DNA from: Candidatus Fervidifonticultor sextus
Lineage (GTDB): Bacteria > Sysuimicrobiota > Sysuimicrobiia > Sysuimicrobiales > Humicultoraceae
Reading direction: 5' to 3'
Length of the DNA: 64,000 bases
Assembly: GCA_031459875.1 (NCBI GenBank)
Contig: JAVKHQ010000003.1
Location: 94,297 to 158,296 of the forward strand
Part shown: in pieces, positions 58,038 through 64,000 of the stretch
How the letters are laid out: each line of letters opens with the position of its first letter
Numbering within the stretch: position 1 is the stretch's first letter
Translations under genes and position numbers: made by a program
The notes under the pieces: generated by a model
Database searches by the model: none
Told to the model about the DNA's origin: nothing
What the model saw: only the letters and a program-made list of their open reading frames with translations

Positions 58038-58950
58038 ATGCGCAGGAATCAACAATTGAACAGACCTCTCACCCCGCTCTTCATGCACGAACTTCTGGAG
58101 ACGCTGCCGGCAGGTGCTCATGTGCTCGATCTGTGATGTGGTCCGGGGAGTTTCCGGTACGCCGACCATTCTGATCTGGAGATCGTGGCCATGGATCTTG
58201 ATCGACCCGCAGAGACTTCGACTTGGCCTGGCCAAGCCAATTTTCGGCATGGCACGACGGAAGCGCTCCCCTTTGAGGCTCAGACATTTGACCTCATCAT
58301 CGCTAACTTTGTGCTTGAGCATACCGAGAATCTTGCGAGGGCCCTCGCAGAGGCAGAACGAGTGCTGAAACCGGGTGGTAGACTCTATGTGGCGGCCGAA
58401 CCCCAAGAGTTTTGGAGACCATTTGAACCGCGTCTTGTTTGGTGGGGCCGGACACCTGCAACGGTTCGGGTCCGGCGACATCCTCAGGACCGTGTACGCT
58501 AGTACCGGGCTGAAGCTTGTCGCGTTTGCAGAATGGCTGGCCGGGTTCACGTATCTCGGCGACTACGATGGGTTGAGGAGATTTGTCTTTGCGATTGTAG
58601 GTGAGATCTATCGGGCCCCGAACGTGGATTTGTTGCTGAGATCCAACTTTCTCATGGTATTTCGCAAGGGACGCGCTCTCGGGTACCGGCTTGTACCGCG
58701 TGTTTGCTTTTACTGCGGTGGGAGCAATGTCGAATTGTCGCCGGAAGAGTCGGCAGGACCTCGGTGGCAGTGTCGGATATGCGGGCGCCCGACTGAGGCG
58801 AGGGGTGTCACGGTGGAGGAGGTCAAGGACCTCGACGCGCAGGTCCGGGCCCTGCGAGGAGGCCGGCGATACCTCGCTGGGCTGCCTGGAGGCGCGTGGA
58901 GGTTATTACGACGGTGGCTCCGTCACAGGGTGCCTCAACGGCGGGGATAA
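58038..58950 (+). pseudogene. Class I SAM-dependent methyltransferase with C-terminal Zn-ribbon; nonsense codon plus frameshift
   Basis: VLDL*CGPG with TGA at 58134-58136, then LPF...FDLI...VLEH...RVLKPGG. A frameshift near 58395 continues PNPKSF...CFYC...CRIC. Confidence 0.8.
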
Positions 58951-58976
58951 CCCGACGCGTGGAAGGGGAGGAGTCA

Positions 58977-61007
58977 TTGGGGCGTCTAGGCCATGTCGCT
59001 GCGCTGGTGCCTGCCGCCGGACTTGTGCTTCTTGCCCTCGCTGGCGCTGCAAATCTTCGGTTGACCTTTGACGAGGCATTCAACATCACTGTTTCTCGCA
59101 ATCTTGTTCTGAGGGGCATTTACGGCACAGCGACGTATAACCAGATACGTCCGTTCGACCCGGCGATCAGCACCGGGCCCACGGTCCTGGTGCCTGTGGC
59201 GATCGCACTTCGTCTCGGCGGGCTTGGGGTCATCCAGAGCCGCGTAGCTCCCGTGCTCTTGTTCGGGATTTTCCTCCTCGTAGTTTTCAGGCTGCATCGC
59301 GGTACCCCGATGACGCCAGTGGCCCAGGCGATCACCGTCTTGCTGTTGTTTCCTTCTGGCATTTTCCAGGAAGCCGCGCGGGTCCTCGGAGAAGTCCCCG
59401 CGTTCGCGTTCACGGGCTTCACTGCGATTCTGCTGGGCAGGGCAGCCAGTAGCCAACACGGCTATGCGGCTGCAGGGGGCATGGCAGCACTGGCCGTCAT
59501 GGCAAAACCGCTTGCGTTTCCGATTGCAGTTTCGGGGGTCGTGGCAATCGCATTAACGCGTCCACGGCAGTTTGAGAGGAATGGAGTACGGAGGGCTTTC
59601 GCGGCCTGTCTTCTATACATTATTCCCTTCGCCATTCCAGTGCTTTACTGGATTGTAATCCCACGAATGATCGATGCCGAGTATGCATCGATCCGCGCCG
59701 CCCTTATGACGCAACAGTCCGTGTTCTCAGGTCGTATCGCGGCACTCGAGGAGGCCATCAAGCGAATCGGGGCGCTCTCTTCGCCCCTGCTCGCCCTCCT
59801 TATGGTGGTCGGGGGGCTTGACGGGGTCTTCATTGCACTTCGCAGGCGTGACCCTGCCATGATGTTCCTGTCGTTGACCTTTTTGGGCTATCTCGGATGG
59901 TGGTTGATCATCGCTCCTACGCCCGGCCGGCGGTTCGCGCTCTATTGGTTATGGATAGGGGCTGTGTTTGGTGGCTGCCTTGCCGCGAGAGCCACTGACT
60001 GGTTGATGATAACCACCCGCCCACGGTTGGCAGCACGTGTCAGGCCCCTGGTGGCAGCGGGTGTTTTTGTCTTCGCGACGCTAGCGGCCCTGGTGTCGAC
60101 AGTCCGCTCCTACCACGTCGTTTCCGCGCAGCGGACTCTACTCGAAGAGCAGCTCGCGCTTGTTCGATTCGCCAGAGGCCTCTCGATGGCCGGCAGCGCG
60201 TCGACGGCGAGGATCTACGGGTATCAATGGTACATGCCGTGGATCATACCGGCTCTTTCGTCAATCGAAGTGGGGGAGTTTGAACGAGATTGGTTGTGGT
60301 CCAAGCAACCGCACGCCGCCTATCTGGTTCTCGTGCCAGAAATTCAGAGAGATGTGTTCGTGCGTACACTTGCGTCCCGGGCGGCGTCCCAGTTCGGGGC
60401 TGAACCAAGCGTCCTCGGCTCCTACACCATTTTGCGCATAGTGGCAGGGAAGTGGCTGGACCGGCTGGTACTATGCCCGATTGAACGGGATCTCCTGGCG
60501 GAGCTGCCGAGCGGCACAGTTCGGTCTTTCCCCTCCGCGTTGGAAGACCCCCGCGGGAGATTTCGGTACCCGCTGACTCTTGGCTGGAGGGTTGGTTGGG
60601 AGGAGAATCTCAACATTACGCCGCTGCGCCCGGCAGTAGCGATGATTACCAGAGCCGAACTTCACTTCTCCAATGTGGTGTGGAGGCCGGACCTCAGAGT
60701 CCTCCTCGGCGTTCTCAGGCCGCCCGAGTCCAGCGACGGATTCACGCTGCGCGCGAGCATTATCGCTGTCGGGAGGCCGGAAGCAGAGATCGCACGCTTC
60801 GTCTTTCGCCGTGAAGCCTATCATCCGAATGAGGCGTTTGCATACGCCCTAACACCTCCGCTGCCGTACCGGCGCGGCGAATTCACCCTGAAGGTCGAGC
60901 TTCTCCCGGAGCCAGGCAGGGGTGACTCGGATTGGGCCTTCGTGAGCCCCCTGGTAGTTGTCCGAGCTCCAGACTCCGCAAAGGTTAGTGATTGTGTCGG
61001 GCACTAG
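58977..61007 (+). CDS. GT-C-type integral membrane glycosyltransferase with C-terminal soluble domain
   Basis: TTG start after GGAGG. TFDEAFN follows the first TM, then GPTVLVP, LGEVPA and AKP. About 10 or more TMs, then a hydrophilic domain. Confidence 0.65.
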   Translation: MGRLGHVAALVPAAGLVLLALAGAANLRLTFDEAFNITVSRNLVLRGIYGTATYNQIRPFDPAISTGPTVLVPVAIALRLGGLGVIQSRVAPVLLFGIFLLVVFRLHRGTPMTPVAQAITVLLLFPSGIFQEAARVLGEVPAFAFTGFTAILLGRAASSQHGYAAAGGMAALAVMAKPLAFPIAVSGVVAIALTRPRQFERNGVRRAFAACLLYIIPFAIPVLYWIVIPRMIDAEYASIRAALMTQQSVFSGRIAALEEAIKRIGALSSPLLALLMVVGGLDGVFIALRRRDPAMMFLSLTFLGYLGWWLIIAPTPGRRFALYWLWIGAVFGGCLAARATDWLMITTRPRLAARVRPLVAAGVFVFATLAALVSTVRSYHVVSAQRTLLEEQLALVRFARGLSMAGSASTARIYGYQWYMPWIIPALSSIEVGEFERDWLWSKQPHAAYLVLVPEIQRDVFVRTLASRAASQFGAEPSVLGSYTILRIVAGKWLDRLVLCPIERDLLAELPSGTVRSFPSALEDPRGRFRYPLTLGWRVGWEENLNITPLRPAVAMITRAELHFSNVVWRPDLRVLLGVLRPPESSDGFTLRASIIAVGRPEAEIARFVFRREAYHPNEAFAYALTPPLPYRRGEFTLKVELLPEPGRGDSDWAFVSPLVVVRAPDSAKVSDCVGH

Positions 61008-61085
61008 CTTCATGTGTGCGTGGCGTGCCGTCCAACCATGTGTACGTTCGGATGGTCTCCAGGCGCCTTCAGCCGGGGATGAGGG

Positions 61086-62447
61086 ATGAGGATTGCCATC
61101 GTCGGGGCAGGGGCTTCAGGTCTGGCGGCCGCCTACGACCTGGCCCGCCACGGGCACGAAGTGATCGTCTTTGAGGCTATGGAGCGCGCGGGAGGACTGG
61201 CATCAGGATTCCGCGAGCCTCGATGGGACTGGTCGGTCGAGCGATTCTACCATCACTGGTTCCAGACGGATCACGACGTCTTCCGCCTCGCAGCCGAGCT
61301 CGGAGCCAGTAATCGCCTTTGGTCCCACCGCCCTGTGACAGGCTACTGGTACGAAGGTCGTCCCCACCAGTTAGACTCCCCGATCAGCTTGTTGCGATTT
61401 CCAGACCTTTCTCTGATCGAAAAGCTCAGGTTCGGCGCTACGTTGCTGTGGCTCAAGACGACGCGAAGTTGGCAGTACCTCGAGTCAGTGACCGCCTGCC
61501 AGTGGCTTATGTGGCACAGCGGTCGTCGCGCGTACGAGACGATCTGGAAGCCACTGCTTGTGGGTAAATTCTCCGAGGACCACTACCGTGATGTCAACAT
61601 GGCCTGGGTTTGGGCCCGCGTGCATTCTAGGACCCCGCGCCTGTGGACCTTCAAGGGAGGGTTTCAGGCATTTTTCGACCTGTTGGCGGATCGCTGTTCG
61701 GACCTGGGGGTCAGGATCCATCTTCAGACCCCTGTGACGCGCGTCGAACAGCGGCGGTGCGGGCATGTTGTGTCAACGCCCTCAGGACAGACCGAGGTCG
61801 ATGCCTGCATTGTGACCGGGGCTCCGAGTCTGCTATCGCGGCTGGTGCCGGAACTTCCTGGAGAGTACCTGAGCCGACTGAGGAGCCTGAAGTCCATCGG
61901 AGCTGTCGTGCTGACCATCAGTTTGGCCCGGCCGCTGACACAGAATTTCTACTGGATAGGCCTGCCAAAGCAACGCTTCCCCTTTCTGGTGTTCGTGGAA
62001 CATACTCACTTCGTGCCGCCGGATTGTTTTGGGGGGGACCACATCGTGTATTGTGGAGATTATTGCCCTGCCGATCACGACTACTTCAAGATGTCTGCGG
62101 ATCAGGTGTTCCATTCGTTTGTCGGCGCCCTTGGGCGCCTCAATCCAGATTTCGATCCGTCCTGGATCAGACAGTGGTGGTTGTCTCGGGAACCCTATGC
62201 CCAACCGATCCCGACCGTTGGCCACTCGCGGAACATTCCTCACCCTCGGACGCCGCGACGAGGTCTGTACTGGATGAGCATGAGTCAAATCTACCCCTGG
62301 GACAGGGGCACCAGCCAGTCGATACGTCTGGGGCGCTCTGTGGCGAGGCTGGTTCACGACGATCTTGGCGACGGACAGCATTCTTGCGACTGTCGTGGGA
62401 CTGGACCCGTATCGCCTTGTCACCCTCCTGCGCATATGCCCCGATGA
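61086..62447 (+). CDS. FAD-dependent oxidoreductase (amine oxidase/HemY-like, PRK07233-type)
   Basis: IVGAGASGLAAAY, GGLA, ERFYHHWF, YAQP and QIYPWDRG. Confidence 0.85.
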   Translation: MRIAIVGAGASGLAAAYDLARHGHEVIVFEAMERAGGLASGFREPRWDWSVERFYHHWFQTDHDVFRLAAELGASNRLWSHRPVTGYWYEGRPHQLDSPISLLRFPDLSLIEKLRFGATLLWLKTTRSWQYLESVTACQWLMWHSGRRAYETIWKPLLVGKFSEDHYRDVNMAWVWARVHSRTPRLWTFKGGFQAFFDLLADRCSDLGVRIHLQTPVTRVEQRRCGHVVSTPSGQTEVDACIVTGAPSLLSRLVPELPGEYLSRLRSLKSIGAVVLTISLARPLTQNFYWIGLPKQRFPFLVFVEHTHFVPPDCFGGDHIVYCGDYCPADHDYFKMSADQVFHSFVGALGRLNPDFDPSWIRQWWLSREPYAQPIPTVGHSRNIPHPRTPRRGLYWMSMSQIYPWDRGTSQSIRLGRSVARLVHDDLGDGQHSCDCRGTGPVSPCHPPAHMPR

Positions 62448-62689
62448 TCTTGGGATGCTGGGGCGGTTGGAGTCCCAAGTGGTCATTCTCGGGCTGCCAC
62501 CAAGAGGTATGCGCTTTCCAGAGCACCCAGAGAGATGGCTCAGCCTGAACCAAGGCCTTCACCATGATGCCTAGGGGGATGGGCACCACCAGCAACATGC
62601 ATAGCTGCAGGATATCGCAGCCGCGTTGTGAGGACGACGATCTTCCTCGACGACGCTTAGACGGGGTGGAGGGCAGTGAGGACAGTGGT

Positions 62690-63820
62690 CTACGGTGGTT
62701 TCAGTCGTTTCGGTAGCCTGTGAGCGTCGGGTCCATTCTCCCCACTTCCCCCGCTGACCGGCGGGAGCAATTCGACGGCTGAGAGTTCGACCCGGTCGAG
62801 GATGATAGGTGGAAAGGCTGAGACATCAGGGCTGATCTCGGGCGCTTTCTCCTGCAGGGCCTCCACCGGTGTCTTCGTGGCCAAGCCCTCATTCGGGCGG
62901 CCGAAGTTGTAGTACAGGAGGTATCCAAAGAGCCGCTCCAGCATCTCCTCCTCGGTGGGCAGGGGTTCGAGGGTGTAAAATTCGTCCTCGACCCGTCCAT
63001 GGAAGTTCTCGACCATGCCATTGAAGCGCGGCGCTCGAACCGGGATGGTGAGGTGGCGGGCGCCGTAGCGTTGCTCGACGAGGCGGGTGAAGGCGGAGGC
63101 GCGCTTGGCCTCGACGTGGCCGATGAATTCGCTGCCATTGTCGGTCTGCAGGGTGAGCTGCGTCACGTCGACGCCGTGGCGGAGGAGGTGCTGGAGGAGC
63201 AGGTGGGCAAAGCGCAGGGAGTTGATCTCCGAGCGCTCATAGGCCAGGCAGACGTAGGCGATCCCGGTGGTGACATCTTTGGCCGTGTATTCGACGCCGG
63301 GGAGCTGCTTGGCCTGAATGGCTGGGAGCAGCACGGGGATATCGTCGAGGTCTTGGGTGTCGACCTGAAGCTTCTCGAAGGCGCGCATGCCTTTGCGGAC
63401 CTCGGTGGCGAGCCGGCGGCGCTGCCAGCGCTTCGGGCAGCGCTTGATCAGGCCATGGGCGTGGAGGATCCGGTTGATGGTCGCGGTGGAGCGATGGATC
63501 CCGCGACGAGCGAGCAGCGCCCGGATCTTGTCCTGGCCCAGGCGAGGATTTCGGCGGCGCAGGCGGACGACCTCGTGCTCGATGGGTGGCGGGGTCTTGT
63601 GAGGTGGGGCGTGGCCGGGCCGCCGGCGGTCGACCAGAACCTTCCAGCCGCCCTGGCGGTAGCGCCGGGCCCAGGACCGGACGGTCTTGCGATCGCAGCC
63701 GAAGGCGCGGGCGGTGAGGGAGACGTTGCGGTGCTCGAGATAGTACTGGACGAGGCGCTGGCGAACACCTTGGGGATGGCGGGAGTCGGCGATGCGTGCA
63801 CGGTAGGTCTCCGGGGGCAT
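62690..63820 (-). CDS. IS481-family (integrase-core DDE) transposase
   Basis: HTH (NVSLTARAFGCDRKTVRSW) and DDE core (LQVDT, QTDNGSEF, NGMVENFH, YYNFGRPN). Confidence 0.88.
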   Translation of the reverse strand: MPPETYRARIADSRHPQGVRQRLVQYYLEHRNVSLTARAFGCDRKTVRSWARRYRQGGWKVLVDRRRPGHAPPHKTPPPIEHEVVRLRRRNPRLGQDKIRALLARRGIHRSTATINRILHAHGLIKRCPKRWQRRRLATEVRKGMRAFEKLQVDTQDLDDIPVLLPAIQAKQLPGVEYTAKDVTTGIAYVCLAYERSEINSLRFAHLLLQHLLRHGVDVTQLTLQTDNGSEFIGHVEAKRASAFTRLVEQRYGARHLTIPVRAPRFNGMVENFHGRVEDEFYTLEPLPTEEEMLERLFGYLLYYNFGRPNEGLATKTPVEALQEKAPEISPDVSAFPPIILDRVELSAVELLPPVSGGSGENGPDAHRLPKRLKPP

Positions 63821-63932
63821 CTCACACCTCGATGAAGGGTCGGAGATTGATGCGATGTTGGCGGAGGAACGCTTCCATCCTGCTCACCCAGAAGATAGGC
63901 TGGGGGTGGGGAGCTTTGACCCGACGAGTCCC
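62719..63932 (-). mobile_element. IS481-like insertion sequence, second element
   Basis: Imperfect 27-bp inverted repeats: TGTGAGCGTCGGGTCCATTCTCCCCAC (62719-62745) vs the reverse complement of 63906-63932, GGGACTCGTCGGGTCAAAGCTCCCCAC. No target duplication seen. Confidence 0.75.
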
Positions 63933-63952
63933 CCCTGCCACGCCTGCTTCCC

Positions 63953-63982
63953 TTGACACCCCGTCGGCGCGCATATTAGACT
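63953..63982 (+). promoter_or_regulatory. sigma70-type promoter, possibly for a leaderless gene starting at GTG 63988
   Basis: TTGACA(63953-63958)-18 bp-TAGACT(63977-63982), followed by TACCC and GTG. Confidence 0.6.
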
Positions 63983-64000
63983 TACCCGTGGCTCGCCGGG

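Noticed and set aside
58134..58136. In-frame TGA where Gly is expected (VLDL*CGPG), suggesting TGA recoding or selenocysteine
   Set aside because: Many intact genes here end in TGA, often in ATGA/GTGA overlaps, and the same gene also has a frameshift. A GGA>TGA nonsense mutation is simpler.
61086..62447. Calling the flavoprotein protoporphyrinogen oxidase (hemY)
   Set aside because: Only the generic FAD fold is evident and the context is glycan synthesis, not haem synthesis.
62711..62718. Target-site duplication for the second IS
   Set aside because: The left flank (CGGTAGCC) and right flank (CCCTGCCA) do not match.

Overview
High-GC bacterial DNA, almost entirely one large cell-surface glycan and envelope locus. 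The host is probably a diderm, possibly thermophilic lineage such as Armatimonadota sensu lato; this is inference only. From left to right the window holds: a PHP hydrolase and an MNT-HEPN toxin-antitoxin (TA) pair; a lower-GC Wzx/glycosyltransferase cassette with decayed FkbM methyltransferases, one split by an IS481 with an 8-bp target duplication; a coiled-coil-repeat/PD-(D/E)XK-like gene; a minus-strand LPS-like operon (two LpxB-like genes, an MsbA-like ABC exporter, two GT2, two O-antigen-ligase-family genes) divergent from ArnT-like, LptD-like, PMM/PGM, UXS, gmd, fcl, glycosyltransferases (GTs), a priming sugar transferase, nucleotide-sugar enzymes, wzm/wzt and rmlA; an RHH-PIN TA pair; PilW/PilV/PilX-like minor pilins interrupted by a secreted beta-rich protein that follows a highly structured, GGA-rich intergenic region; tandem GT8-like and tandem alkaline-phosphatase-superfamily paralogues; a ~1260-aa GT2/coiled-coil/GT-B/GT2 protein; a pyruvyltransferase; rmlC, an SDR and rmlD; a broken class I methyltransferase; a GT-C membrane protein; an FAD oxidoreductase; and a second IS481-family element. 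No rRNA, tRNA or CRISPR array was recognised. All product calls come from reading motifs by eye, not from database searches.
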